This document shows, piece after piece, positions 19,386-28,872 of a stretch of DNA of 64,000 bases. Source of the stretch: an uncultured Bacteroidota bacterium. GTDB taxonomy: Bacteria > Bacteroidota > Ignavibacteria > UBA10030 > UBA8401. The notes under the pieces were generated by a model. That model ran no database searches. It was given only the letters and a program-made list of their open reading frames with translations, and was not told where the DNA came from. Position numbers and translations under genes: made by a program. Position 1 is the stretch's first letter. Each line of letters starts with the position of its first letter. Location: positions 117,837 to 181,836 of the forward strand of contig CAWGZY010000001.1 of the NCBI GenBank assembly GCA_963827085.1. Reading direction: 5' to 3'.

Positions 19386-19427
19386 ATAGGAGGCGAGAGG
19401 AAAATTATCTTCGGGGTGAAAGAGAAT

Positions 19428-19464
19428 AAAAGCCGATTGTGCTCATTGCACGGTCGGCTTTTTG
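19428..19464 (+). terminator. intrinsic terminator after the MFS gene
   Basis: AAAAGCCGATTGTGC-TCATT-GCACGGTCGGCTTTTT. Confidence 0.75.
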
Positions 19465-19519
19465 ATAACGGGGAGATTCTCCATTTCTTTTTTATAGTGG
19501 ATATATACAATGTAAGGCA

Positions 19520-19647
19520 CCACCCCCTGGCCCCCTCCTCGTGGAGGAGGGGGAACTATCACGACTCTTCCTGATGGAAGACATAAAAATAGGGCACAAC
19601 TCCCCTCCTCAATGAGGAGGGGAGGACGCGAAGCGTCAGGGTGGTGG
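19520..19647. repeat. palindromic repeats upstream of the DUF559 gene
   Basis: CCCCCTCCTCGTGGAGGAGGGGGAACT (inverted copy) and AACTCCCCTCCTCAATGAGGAGGGGAGGACGCGAAGCGTCAGGGTGGT. Confidence 0.8.
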
Positions 19648-19665
19648 AAAGAAAGGGGGAGTATC

Positions 19666-20072
19666 ATGTCGAACATCTTTAACCGGAAATCTCAAAAGCT
19701 TAAAAGACAATTTCTCCGCAACAATGCGACCACCCTGAACGCATTCTCTGGAGCAAGCTCAAAGGAAAACAATTACTCGGACAAAAATTCCGGCGGCAAC
19801 ATGGCATTGGTCCTTTCGTTGTCGATTTCTACTGCCACGAATGCAAACTTGCAATCGAGCTTGACGGCGCAACGCATTGGACGAAGGAGGCAAAAGAATA
19901 TGATCGACGCAGGGAAGAGTATATTGAGCGGTACGGAATTCACTTTCTTCGCTTTACAAATTCCGCCGTCGTTAAAAACCTTGACGGAGTGCTGATGGCG
20001 ATTGGAGAAGAGTTGAAAAAGGGCACACCACCGTTTAGCTCACTCCTCGGTGAGGAGTGGAAACAGTCATAA
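19666..20072 (+). pseudogene. DUF559 (Vsr-like) endonuclease, frameshifted
   Basis: MSNIFNRKSQKLKRQFLRNNAT, then a shift at the C-run near 19733 into PERILWSKLKGKQLLGQKFRRQHGIGPFVVDFYCHECKLAIELDGATH...YDRRREEYIERYGIHFLRFTN. Confidence 0.88.
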
Positions 20073-20120
20073 CTCCCCTCCTCATTGAGGAGGGGATGAC
20101 GCGAAGCGTCAGGGGTGGTG
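20038..20120. repeat. palindromic repeats downstream of the DUF559 gene
   Basis: CACTCCTCGGTGAGGAGTG and AACTCCCCTCCTCATTGAGGAGGGGATGACGCGAAGCGTCAGGGGTGGT, near-identical to the upstream copy. Confidence 0.8.
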
Positions 20121-20190
20121 TACGGAAGAATCGTAATTCTCGCTTGACTCTCCAGTCTGGAACGTATACTTTTCAATTGTTGAAAAAACA

Positions 20191-20369
20191 CTAGCAGGAT
20201 GAAAAAAAAGTCCATACAGCTTGCCACGAAGACACAACGACACTAAGAAATTAAAGTAAAAGACTATTGTCTTCAATATCATCAACGGTTGAGATAGCGA
20301 TTTGCTTAAAATTATTTCGTGCCTTTGCGACTTAGTGGCTCATAAAAGTGTTTTTCAGCGACCTGCTAG
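20191..20369. mobile_element. MITE-like element, family C (CTAGCAGG...CCTGCTAG), enclosing an imperfect palindrome
   Basis: Termini CTAGCAGGATGAAAAAA / TTTTTCAGCGACCTGCTAG; internal GCCACGAAGACACAACGACACTAAG...TTCGTGCCTTTGCGACTTAGTGGC. Confidence 0.65.
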
Positions 20370-20422
20370 AGTCAAATATGAATCACGATCAATGTGGGGG
20401 AAATAATTAACAGCGTGTTCCG

Positions 20423-20992
20423 ATGTTTACAAAATATCAGCTAGCGACAATATGCTTCTGGCTTGTTTCTGAATTGTATTGGGGCTTTCATTCCCGAGGC
20501 AACAAAGAAACAGTACATCAACAGAAAACTTTCGTACGGACGTTTACACTTATCGCTATTTATTTTGCTTTTGCCCTCATATATATTCCGGCTTTTTCTG
20601 TCGGAGTGTTTGCGTTGCGTGCAATTCCGCAGAATGATTTCTTTGGAGTTGTAGGAGTCGTTTTGTGCGGATCGGGAATTTCCTTTTCGATTTGGTCCCG
20701 CAGAACTCTGGGGAAAAATTGGAGCGGGCCTGTTGCCCTGAAAAAGGACCACGATCTTATCCGGAATGGTCCGTATGCAATTGTCCGCCATCCAATCTAT
20801 TTTGGGTCGCTGATCTCGCTTACCGGCTCGGCGACGACGACGGGGGAATTACGGGGCTTCTTTGGAGTGCTTCTGGTATTTTATGCATTATTGAAAAAGA
20901 TTGAAGAGGAAGAAGCTCTTCTTGAAACTTACTTCAAGGAATACGCCGAATACCGTACACACGTGAAGAGGTTGATACCCTTTGTTTATTGA
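20423..20992 (+). CDS. isoprenylcysteine carboxyl methyltransferase (ICMT/PEMT) family membrane protein
   Basis: LGKNWS, HDLIRNGPYAIVRHPIY, EEEALL..F.EYAEYR..VKRLIPF. Confidence 0.9.
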   Translation: MFTKYQLATICFWLVSELYWGFHSRGNKETVHQQKTFVRTFTLIAIYFAFALIYIPAFSVGVFALRAIPQNDFFGVVGVVLCGSGISFSIWSRRTLGKNWSGPVALKKDHDLIRNGPYAIVRHPIYFGSLISLTGSATTTGELRGFFGVLLVFYALLKKIEEEEALLETYFKEYAEYRTHVKRLIPFVY

Positions 20993-21049
20993 GAAGCGAA
21001 AACGTTCGACCTGCAAAGTCCTTTTGAATTGTTTGGTCCTATAGCTTGT

Positions 21050-21264
21050 TGTTTCGCGCGCCCGCGCGCTCTGAGAATTTGGTGCGACGTTTATTTTTCG
21101 GGAAAATACCCGGGAAAGACTCAAACCATGCTGTTGGCATCTACACTGGTTTTGAAGCAGACTTGAACGTCGCTCTCATTCTCGCCTTGATTCTTCTCGT
21201 CATTTCCTTTCTTGTAATTGCGGCAGTAAAGGGAATAATGGGGCAGCGTCTGACGATTTTTTAG
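21050..21264 (+). pseudogene. 3' remnant of a molybdate ABC permease (ModB-like)
   Basis: Frameshifted pieces read (A)RAL / EFGATFIF / GKYPGKTQTMLLA / IYTGFEADLNVALILALILLVISFLV, matching the ModB pattern ARALGEFGAT..FAGN.PG.TQT.PLAIY. Confidence 0.7.
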
Positions 21265-21352
21265 TCTTAAGATCGGCTTCCCGGTGCTTGACAGCACAAC
21301 TTTTACCCGAAATTATCGTATTGATTAGTGGAACTAATAGTACAACGAAACC

Positions 21353-22459
21353 ATGAACCACGATGATTCTTACAGCCAAAGCGAACCGCGCCTGCGGGAT
21401 ACTCTTCGCGATGATTTCAGCAAAGGGGGCCACTGGAATACCTTCCGCAAAGAATTTCGCGGCCTGAAAGAATTTTATATCGACGAAGAGAAGAAAAAGC
21501 GTTTAGAGGCGATGCAGCCTCTCAAACGTTGGGTCTACCTCAACGGGTGGCTCCTCAAGAGTTTGTTGATGAGGCTTACTCCGTTTCGACGCATTGTCCT
21601 GGTTCTTGGGATTGTTTTGCAAGTCTGGAGTCCCATTGTTATTGCGACAAACAGACATGTCCAGACAGTGGAACTTCACCTTGTCGGCGGCGCAATAATT
21701 TTATTAGTCCTCATGCTCGAGCTAAAGGACAAGCTTGTTGCACGGGACGAGCTCAGTGCAGGGAAGCGAGTGCAGCAGGCATTGATGCCCGAACAAAGCC
21801 CGTCGGTTCCGGGCTGGTCATTGTGGATCTATTCGAGGCCGGCAAACGAAGTAGGGGGAGATTTAATAGATTTTCTTCGTCAGAGCGAAAACAGGTTCGG
21901 CGTTGCACTTGCCGATGTTTCGGGGAAGGGTTTGCAAGCAGCCCTTATCATGGCAAAACTTCAAGCAACGTTGAAAGCCCTTGCACCCGATTATGATTCA
22001 ATCGGAAAACTCATAACAAAATTGAATGCGATCGTTCATCGCGACGGATTGCCGAACAGTTTTGCATCGCTCGTCTATGCCGAAGTCGCGTCGGATTCCG
22101 GAACTTTACGGTTTGTCAATGCAGGGCATCTTCCGCCAATTGTGCTCACGACCGGTGGACTTCAAGAGATGCATAAAGGCGAGCCGGCGCTCGGTTTGAT
22201 GGGGTCGACCGTCTATGCAGAACGGCAGCTTGAGCTTCAGAGCGGCGACGTTTTTCTTGTCTATTCTGACGGACTTACTGAAGCCAGCAACGAACGGGGA
22301 GAATTTTTTGGCTCGGAGCGATTGCTCAAGCGGCTCCCAATGCTGAGGGGTCGCTCCCCCGAAGAGATTGGAAAGACGCTGCTTGGCGAAATAGATTTTT
22401 TTGTGAAAGATGCGCCCCCCAACGATGACATTTCATTGGTCATACTTAAACGATCGTAG
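21353..22459 (+). CDS. membrane-bound PP2C/SpoIIE (RsbU-like) phosphatase
   Basis: Two TM helices, then VGGDLID, ADVSGKG, NAGHLPP, YSDGLTE, DDISLV. Confidence 0.92.
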   Translation: MNHDDSYSQSEPRLRDTLRDDFSKGGHWNTFRKEFRGLKEFYIDEEKKKRLEAMQPLKRWVYLNGWLLKSLLMRLTPFRRIVLVLGIVLQVWSPIVIATNRHVQTVELHLVGGAIILLVLMLELKDKLVARDELSAGKRVQQALMPEQSPSVPGWSLWIYSRPANEVGGDLIDFLRQSENRFGVALADVSGKGLQAALIMAKLQATLKALAPDYDSIGKLITKLNAIVHRDGLPNSFASLVYAEVASDSGTLRFVNAGHLPPIVLTTGGLQEMHKGEPALGLMGSTVYAERQLELQSGDVFLVYSDGLTEASNERGEFFGSERLLKRLPMLRGRSPEEIGKTLLGEIDFFVKDAPPNDDISLVILKRS

Positions 22460-22648
22460 CCGGATCGTGAGGGAAGCAGGAGTGCTCGCTCTACCGCCGC
22501 GTTGCATTTGATTTGTAAAATATTATATTCTTCTAAAGCACCCAGAATTCATCTTGCCGTCGCGATAGCAAGTTTCCCCTCAGAACGCGAATTTTCCTTC
22601 CAAAGAAGAATCCCCGGCGCACATAATTTTTCCAAAAGGAGCGTCGCC

Positions 22649-24136
22649 ATGAACATCCTTCTTGTCAATCCCTTTTTCCCGGATACTTTTTGGGGATTTC
22701 GTCATGCGTTGAAATTTGTTTCAAAAAAAGCTGCTTATCCTCCTCTGGGTCTTCTGACAGTCGGTGCAATGCTCCCCCCGCTCTGGAAGAAGAAACTTGT
22801 CGATATGAATGTCGAAGTGCTGAGAGACAATGATCTGCGTTGGGCTGATTATATTTTTCTCGGCGGAATGTCCGTTCAGCAAAAATCTGTGAGAGAAATT
22901 ATCGACCGCTGTAAATCGATGGGAAAAACAATTGTCGGCGGCGGCCCGTTGTTCACAGTTCACCATAAGGAATACGAAGATGTCGACCATCTCGTACTCA
23001 ATGAAGCGGAGCTTACATTGCCCCGGTTTATCGAAGACCTTGGACGCGGATCTCCTCGTCATCTCTACAAATCCGATTCGTGGGCAGACGTAACGACGAC
23101 TCCCGTCCCGCTCTGGAACCTCATTAACTCCAGGGTTTACGGATCCCTGAACTTGCAATATTCGCGCGGTTGCCCGTACGACTGTGAGTTCTGTGATATC
23201 ACGGTACTGTACGGCCGCGTTCCCCGGACGAAAACGAAAGACCAACTTCTTGCTGAACTCGAGGCACTGTACACATTTGGGTGGAGGGGCGGCGTGTTTT
23301 TTGTGGACGACAATTTCATCGGGAACAAGAACAAACTCAAGAAAGAAATTCTCCCCGCCGTTATTCAATGGATGGAGAAAAGAGGGCATCCGTTCGCTTT
23401 TAATACAGAAGCGTCTGTCAATCTTTCCGACGACGAGGAATTGATGCACCTGATGTCGAAAGCCGGCTTCCGCACTGTCTTTGTCGGCATCGAGTCTCCG
23501 CATGACGAGAGCCTCGCTGAATGCAAAAAGATACCCAACAGGAACCGCGACCTTATCGGATCCGTGAAGAAGATTCAGCAGCACGGCTTTCAGGTGCAAG
23601 GAGGTTTCATCGTCGGGTTCGACAGCGACCCCGGTTCGATTTTTCAGAAAGTGATTGATTTCGTTCAGGAGAGCGGGATTGTGACGGCGATGGTAGGTTT
23701 GCTGAATGCTCCGGTCGGCACAAGGTTGTATCAGCGTCTTTTGAAAGAAGGGAGATTATTGAAGGCGATGACTGGAGACAACACAGATTTCTCCATGAAC
23801 TTTGTTCCCCGGATGAATCGTGAAGCCCTTTTGAAAGGATACCGATCGCTCCTTGAACATATTTATTCCCCAAAACCGTACTACGCGCGTGTGAAGCAAT
23901 TTCTTCGAACGTACAAACCGCCCGTGGTTCATTTGAATCGTATTACATTCGCAGAGATAAGGGCGCTCGTCTCATCGACAGTCGTTCTCGGGATTGTGGG
24001 AAAGGAACGCGTTCAATATTGGAAGTTATTCCTTTGGTCGCTCTTCACGAGGCCGCGGCTTTTTCCGCTCGCGATCACATTTTCGATCTACGGACACCAC
24101 TTCCGCAAAATTCTCGAGGTCTATGCAGCAGGGTAA
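22649..24136 (+). CDS. B12-binding-domain radical SAM protein (DUF4070 type)
   Basis: PPLGLLTV, SRGCPYDCEFC (CxxxCxxC), FVDDNF, GFIVGFDSD; RBS aaaggag before ATG 22649. Confidence 0.9.
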   Translation: MNILLVNPFFPDTFWGFRHALKFVSKKAAYPPLGLLTVGAMLPPLWKKKLVDMNVEVLRDNDLRWADYIFLGGMSVQQKSVREIIDRCKSMGKTIVGGGPLFTVHHKEYEDVDHLVLNEAELTLPRFIEDLGRGSPRHLYKSDSWADVTTTPVPLWNLINSRVYGSLNLQYSRGCPYDCEFCDITVLYGRVPRTKTKDQLLAELEALYTFGWRGGVFFVDDNFIGNKNKLKKEILPAVIQWMEKRGHPFAFNTEASVNLSDDEELMHLMSKAGFRTVFVGIESPHDESLAECKKIPNRNRDLIGSVKKIQQHGFQVQGGFIVGFDSDPGSIFQKVIDFVQESGIVTAMVGLLNAPVGTRLYQRLLKEGRLLKAMTGDNTDFSMNFVPRMNREALLKGYRSLLEHIYSPKPYYARVKQFLRTYKPPVVHLNRITFAEIRALVSSTVVLGIVGKERVQYWKLFLWSLFTRPRLFPLAITFSIYGHHFRKILEVYAAG

Positions 24137-24139
24137 ATA

Positions 24140-24832
24140 CTAACCCTCATCAGTTCTTAATCTGTATCCGATGCCCGATTCCGTGAGAAGCATCTTCGGC
24201 TTCGACGGATCGTCTTCAATTTTTTTTCGCAGCTGGGCAACATAGATCCGCGTGTACTGTGTTTCCTCTGCGTTGGTGGGTCCCCATACCTGTTCAAGGA
24301 TAAAACGGTGGGTCAGCACTCTTCCCGCATTTCTCACGAAAAGTGCGAGCAATGCATATTCTGTCGCTGTCAGCTTCACCACTTCATTTCCCTTTTTTAC
24401 CAGCCGGGCCGACAGGTCGACTGTCAGACCTTGCATCGTGAAAACTTCTTTGTCGGGAAGCGATGTGCGGTGGCGGAGCGCTGTCCGTACGCGGGCGAGC
24501 AATTCGCCTGTGCGGAATGGTTTCACCAGATAATCATCCGCCCCGGCGCCGAGGCAATCGACGATATCCGCTTCGGCATTGCGGACGGAAAGAATAATAA
24601 CGGGAATCGTTGCCCATTCGCGAATTGCCTTCAGGACGCTTAGCCCATCGGTGTCGGGTAATCCCAAATCAAGAATGATGAGTTCCGGACGTTCGGTCGC
24701 CGCCATTCTCATCCCCTCATTTCCTGTTAACGCGAATTTAAGAGAATAGTCTTGCGGGCCGAGGGTCAATTCGAGAAGGCGGCGAATTTGTATTTCATCG
24801 TCAATAATCAGGATGACGGGCTTTGTGCTCAT
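24140..24832 (-). CDS. kdpE: KdpE response regulator (OmpR family)
   Basis: Receiver LDLGLPD, GADDYLVKPF; winged helix with YVAQLRKKIEDDPSKP..LLTESGIGYR; overlaps kdpD. Confidence 0.93.
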   Translation of the reverse strand: MSTKPVILIIDDEIQIRRLLELTLGPQDYSLKFALTGNEGMRMAATERPELIILDLGLPDTDGLSVLKAIREWATIPVIILSVRNAEADIVDCLGAGADDYLVKPFRTGELLARVRTALRHRTSLPDKEVFTMQGLTVDLSARLVKKGNEVVKLTATEYALLALFVRNAGRVLTHRFILEQVWGPTNAEETQYTRIYVAQLRKKIEDDPSKPKMLLTESGIGYRLRTDEG

Positions 24833-27501
24833 TGCTGTTTCGAAAGTACGGCGTTCATTGGGATCCGTAACGTGAATTCTGCTCCGGCCGGAGCGAGATT
24901 CTTTGCAGCCAGTGTCCCTTTATGCGCTTCGGCGAAACCTTTTGCGATCGTGAGACCGAGGCCTGAGCCGCCGCTTTTCATCCCTTCGGCACGATAAAAT
25001 TTTTCGAACACTTTAGGGAGGTCATCCTTTGTGAGTCCGGGTCCATTGTCTGCAACGACGATGACACATTCTTTCCCTTCAATTTTTGCTTCAACGGCAA
25101 TAGAACTCCCATCCTGTGTATGAACCGCCGCATTGTGAATAAGGTTCGTAAGGGCTTGTTCGACCAGCCCGAAATCCAATTTGACAAGCGGCATCTCATC
25201 CTGCACTTTGACGACAACGGAATGACGTACAAGCTCACGGTCTAATCCCTTGATCGCGGCATTGATAAGGTCGTGAACGTCGCACCAGTCCATCTTCGGT
25301 TGGATCATTCCCGACTCGAGCCGCGACATGTCGAGGAGGTTTGCAATGAGCCGGTTGAGTCGTTCGGCCGCGATGTGAATTTCTTTTGTATACTCATCCG
25401 ACGACGGAGCTGCCTGGCCGGCTGATGTCTTCATGAGGTTTTCTGAAGCGCCCATGATTGCCGCGATGGGCGTCCGAAGTTCATGCGAGATCGAATTGAA
25501 CAAGATTTTGTACAGCCGCTCCGATTCTGCGACGACGATCGATTTTTTGTTGACATCGTTCAACAGTTCCCGTTCCATGGCCGACGCGATTTGCGCAATG
25601 AAGTTGTCGAGCGACGTCTCCTCGTCGGAGGAGAGTTTTTCGTTTCGATGCAGCCGAACGCCGATTACGCCGAGAGGGTAGCGGGGACCGGAGACCGGAA
25701 AATATGTCGTCTCAGCCGATGGAAGTGTGTCGGTATATTTGCCTGCCTTTTTTTCATTCCAATATGTCCATGAAGCAACGCCGTATTCTTTTGCGTCAAG
25801 GTTAAAAGAGCTTGCTTTGTGCGGATGGGCCGATATTTCACCGTCCGCTTCACCGAGAATGATCGCAACGTCTGCATCGAAATATTTTTTGATGTTCGAA
25901 ACCGCCGCCCGGATCACCTCTTCCTGCGAATGCGCTGAGGAGAGGTCGTTTGTTAGGGCGAAGAGGGCAGACGTCCGCTCCTCGCGCTGTCGAACAGCTT
26001 TTTCTCTTGCCCGTACGCGCGCGGTGAGAACCCCCGTCACCAATGCCACGATAAAATAAACGCCGAGCATCATGACATCTTCAACGCGTCCTATGGAAAA
26101 GGTAAAGATCGGCGGGATGAAAAAAAAGTCCCACACTAACGCTCCCATGGCGGCTGCTATAAGCACGGGACCCGGGCCCATCCGTAAAGGAAGAAGGGAA
26201 ACGGTGAGCAGGATGATCATCGAAACAGTTCTATATCCGATGAGTTGTGCAAAAGGAAAACAACAAAGGGCGACAATGGCGACGATGGCTGATGCAAGGA
26301 TATATTGCGTTATGGTAGACTGAAGCTTGGGAATGGCGCGCCGTTTTCTTTCTTGCTGCGTAGTATCTTCCTGTCCGACGATATAGACGTCGACGTTGTG
26401 GCTTTTTTCGACAAGGTCCCCTATCAACCGCTGCGAACGCGAGAACAAGCCTCGCTTTGATTTTCCGACAAGAATTTGCGTCGCGTTCTGTTCGCGTGCG
26501 ACGCGAATGAGCGCGTCCGCAACATTTTCGTCCGAGGTCGTAATGATCTCCGCTCCTAATTTGCGAGCAAGGGAAATATTTTTCGACAACTGCTCTTTAT
26601 CGCTCTCCTCTAACGGTGCGGAAGTCTCGACGCATACTACCGCCCATGAAGCATTCATCGTGTATGAGAGCCTTCGTGCCCAGCGGAGAACGGAGACGGA
26701 GTGCGGGCTTGGACTGATGCCCACAATCAGACGTTGTCCGGATTTCCACGGACCGGCAATCCGTGCGGTACGCATATAATCGCGCAACTGATGGTCGACG
26801 CGCTCGGCTGTCAACCTGAGGGACATTTCGCGCAACGCCGTAAGGTTTCCCTTGCGGAAAAAATTCTGTATGGCTTGCTGCGAGCGTTCGGGAGCGTAGA
26901 CCTTCCCCTCTTCCAATCTCTTCAGAAGCTCGTCCGGGGGCAAGTCGATGACTTCGATATCATCCGCCCGTTCAAAGATAGAATCGGGAACAGTCTCCCG
27001 TATCACCGAGCCGGTGATTTGTGCAACAGCATCGGCGCGGCTTTCGAGATGCTGAACATTCAAAGTCGTATACACATCAATGCCGTTGTCAAGAAGCTCC
27101 TGGACATCCTGGTACCGTTTGAGATGGCGGCTTCCCGGAGCGTTGGTATGGGCGAGTTCGTCTACAAGAACGAGCTTTGGCTTCCGTGCGAGGATCGCGT
27201 CGAGGTCCATTTCCTCTACAACGCTGTCGCGATAGTCGATCTTTTTGCGCGGGATGAAAGGGAGGTTTGCAACGAGCGCTTCTGTTTCGGGACGCTTGTG
27301 CGTTTCGACGATGCCAATGACCACATCAATCCCTTTTGAGATGGCCTCGTGCGCTGCCGTGAGCATGTCGTATGTCTTGCCCACGCCCGCGCACATGCCG
27401 AAAAAGATTTTCAGCTTCGCCTTTGCGGCATTTTCCTCTTCTTTTCGTAAAGCGTGGAGAAGAGCGTCTGGGTCGGGTCGGGATTCATCGATGGAAATCA
27501 T
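24829..27501 (-). CDS. kdpD: KdpD sensor histidine kinase
   Basis: GMCAGVGKTYDML, VDELAHTN, KRYQDV, TTLNVQHLES, Usp domain, 4 TM, GAF, SHELRTP. Confidence 0.97.
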   Translation of the reverse strand: MISIDESRPDPDALLHALRKEEENAAKAKLKIFFGMCAGVGKTYDMLTAAHEAISKGIDVVIGIVETHKRPETEALVANLPFIPRKKIDYRDSVVEEMDLDAILARKPKLVLVDELAHTNAPGSRHLKRYQDVQELLDNGIDVYTTLNVQHLESRADAVAQITGSVIRETVPDSIFERADDIEVIDLPPDELLKRLEEGKVYAPERSQQAIQNFFRKGNLTALREMSLRLTAERVDHQLRDYMRTARIAGPWKSGQRLIVGISPSPHSVSVLRWARRLSYTMNASWAVVCVETSAPLEESDKEQLSKNISLARKLGAEIITTSDENVADALIRVAREQNATQILVGKSKRGLFSRSQRLIGDLVEKSHNVDVYIVGQEDTTQQERKRRAIPKLQSTITQYILASAIVAIVALCCFPFAQLIGYRTVSMIILLTVSLLPLRMGPGPVLIAAAMGALVWDFFFIPPIFTFSIGRVEDVMMLGVYFIVALVTGVLTARVRAREKAVRQREERTSALFALTNDLSSAHSQEEVIRAAVSNIKKYFDADVAIILGEADGEISAHPHKASSFNLDAKEYGVASWTYWNEKKAGKYTDTLPSAETTYFPVSGPRYPLGVIGVRLHRNEKLSSDEETSLDNFIAQIASAMERELLNDVNKKSIVVAESERLYKILFNSISHELRTPIAAIMGASENLMKTSAGQAAPSSDEYTKEIHIAAERLNRLIANLLDMSRLESGMIQPKMDWCDVHDLINAAIKGLDRELVRHSVVVKVQDEMPLVKLDFGLVEQALTNLIHNAAVHTQDGSSIAVEAKIEGKECVIVVADNGPGLTKDDLPKVFEKFYRAEGMKSGGSGLGLTIAKGFAEAHKGTLAAKNLAPAGAEFTLRIPMNAVLSKQQ

Positions 27502-27652
27502 ACGGTAATATATTGATTCTTTTGCCCATTTTCATCCACTCGTGTTTATTGGTAGTGGGGTCTTTTGCTTTTCAAACCGGAAGGAGGCTTAAATGAGCTT
27601 CTTTCGGCGTGACAAAATTTCAGGGAGAAGAATTTGGCATGGAAAAATTATT

Positions 27653-28108
27653 TCATTGCATCTCTGCAAGCTCGGTGTCAAATCGGTTTTTGCATTCTGG
27701 ACAAAGTGCGTAAGAACCCTTTCCAATATCCCAGTAGAATTGGAGAATCGACTTCTTTCTATCCTGATAGCACTTTGCGCAAATCCAGTGCATTGGCTCG
27801 GCGGTCTTATTCGATTCATTGGGCGCGTAAACATAAGCCCCCAATTTAAGTTTTTTAAGGCTATACAACGCGGCTGTATCATCCCAGCGTTCAAAGCTCA
27901 GAATTTTCTTTTCAAGTTCGTCTTTTTGCTTCAAGAGAGAAAAATGATCTTCTTGGAGCGTAAGTGCATTGCTTTGTATGGTGAAAATCCGTTCGCGCAA
28001 ATCAGAAGTAGCCTCAAAGATTTGTTTCTCATCGTGAATAGATTGTAAGCCTTTAGCGATGTTCGATAATGCGCCAATTGAACTAATAAACGCTGAAAAG
28101 TCTGCCAT
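27653..28108 (-). CDS. cargo protein: N-terminal helix/coiled coil plus a zinc-ribbon-like C-terminus
   Basis: RBS aagggaga before ATG; HWICAKC...LCPEC (two CxxC). Confidence 0.75.
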   Translation of the reverse strand: MADFSAFISSIGALSNIAKGLQSIHDEKQIFEATSDLRERIFTIQSNALTLQEDHFSLLKQKDELEKKILSFERWDDTAALYSLKKLKLGAYVYAPNESNKTAEPMHWICAKCYQDRKKSILQFYWDIGKGSYALCPECKNRFDTELAEMQ

Positions 28109-28158
28109 GATTTCTCCCTTGCTGGTTGGTGGTTGACAATATCTTTAGAATTAACCGA

Positions 28159-28223
28159 AAATTCAAATTTGAAAAAGGCTTAAAAATGACGTAAATTCAT
28201 TCAGAAAAACATCGTGTGCCGTC
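28159..28223 (+). promoter_or_regulatory. 65-bp repeat, copy 1: palindrome plus sigma70-like promoter
   Basis: 63/65 identical to 29395-29459; TTCAAATTTGAA palindrome 28162-28173; -35 TTGAAA 28169, 17-bp spacer, -10 TAAATT 28192. Confidence 0.8.
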
Positions 28224-28295
28224 CTGGATGCACGATAAGAGAATTTAAAAATCCCCCCGTTCCGCGCATTGACGCGGAGGGTGAACGCAAGTTCA
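28204..28295 (+). ncRNA. candidate structured RNA, copy 1, truncated by an IS end
   Basis: Leader hairpin ATCGTG..CACGAT; TCCGCG-CATTGA-CGCGGA; TGAAC-GCAA-GTTCA; interrupted at 28296 by GGTAGTG. Confidence 0.6.
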
Positions 28296-28332
28296 GGTAG
28301 TGCTCAATTTTGAAAGGAAGGCTTAAAATGAG
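28296..28332 (+). repeat. internal (nested) IS1-type left-end-like sequence
   Basis: GGTAGTGCTCAATTTTGAAAGGAAGGCTTAAAATGAG parallels the outer end GGTAGTGGGGTCTTTT...GGAAGGAGGCTTAAATGAG. Confidence 0.7.
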
Positions 28333-28678
28333 ACAGAATCAAGATGACAGAATTTCAGTAGATAAAACTTGGCACAATAAAGAACAAGGCTTGCTCGTCT
28401 TTGGACATTTCCTACATTCAAACGGTGGGATGGACTTGATTGACATAGACAGCGACGGAACGGATTTGATTATTCGGGTAAGAGAATACAGTATGGAGTC
28501 GATAAAATCTGGAGAAATAACAGATGATTCCAAGTCACTGGACTACGTAGAAATGAGAATAGCAATCAGTAGAATTAGGCGTAGATGGTTTAGGTCTTTA
28601 ATTGTACGTCTAAAACTCGGAGCGCGGAAGTCCAAACGGTATATAGATCATTATAGTGTCCGACTCGTACGTCCTTGA
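28328..28678 (+). CDS. hypothetical cargo protein
   Basis: ORF starts at the ATG after AAGGAAGG in the nested end; no recognisable motif; 3' end overlaps the convergent ORF. Confidence 0.4.
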   Translation: MRQNQDDRISVDKTWHNKEQGLLVFGHFLHSNGGMDLIDIDSDGTDLIIRVREYSMESIKSGEITDDSKSLDYVEMRIAISRIRRRWFRSLIVRLKLGARKSKRYIDHYSVRLVRP

Positions 28679-28832
28679 TTGTTTTGTCGTCTGGAATTAT
28701 CTCCACAAAGTATTCTTCCGGCACACGATGAGTTACTGTTACGCGGAAAGTTTTATCCTTGTATTTACAAGGTATAGTTTTTGATGTGTTATTGAGAGGA
28801 AGGAAGTCGTCTAAAGAAAGTGGAAAGTCCAT
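28590..28832 (-). CDS. hypothetical cargo protein (80 aa)
   Basis: RBS aggag upstream; directly downstream of the lipoprotein gene on the same strand. Confidence 0.6.
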   Translation of the reverse strand: MDFPLSLDDFLPLNNTSKTIPCKYKDKTFRVTVTHRVPEEYFVEIIPDDKTIKDVRVGHYNDLYTVWTSALRVLDVQLKT

Positions 28833-28872
28833 AGCAGCTCCTATAATTATGAGGACGCTTTATCATTTTTTA

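Noticed and set aside
27593-28048. Plus-strand 151-aa ORF starting in the IS left end
   Set aside because: It is almost fully antisense to the better-supported zinc-ribbon gene and has no recognisable motif. It is noted only as part of the end-motif finding.
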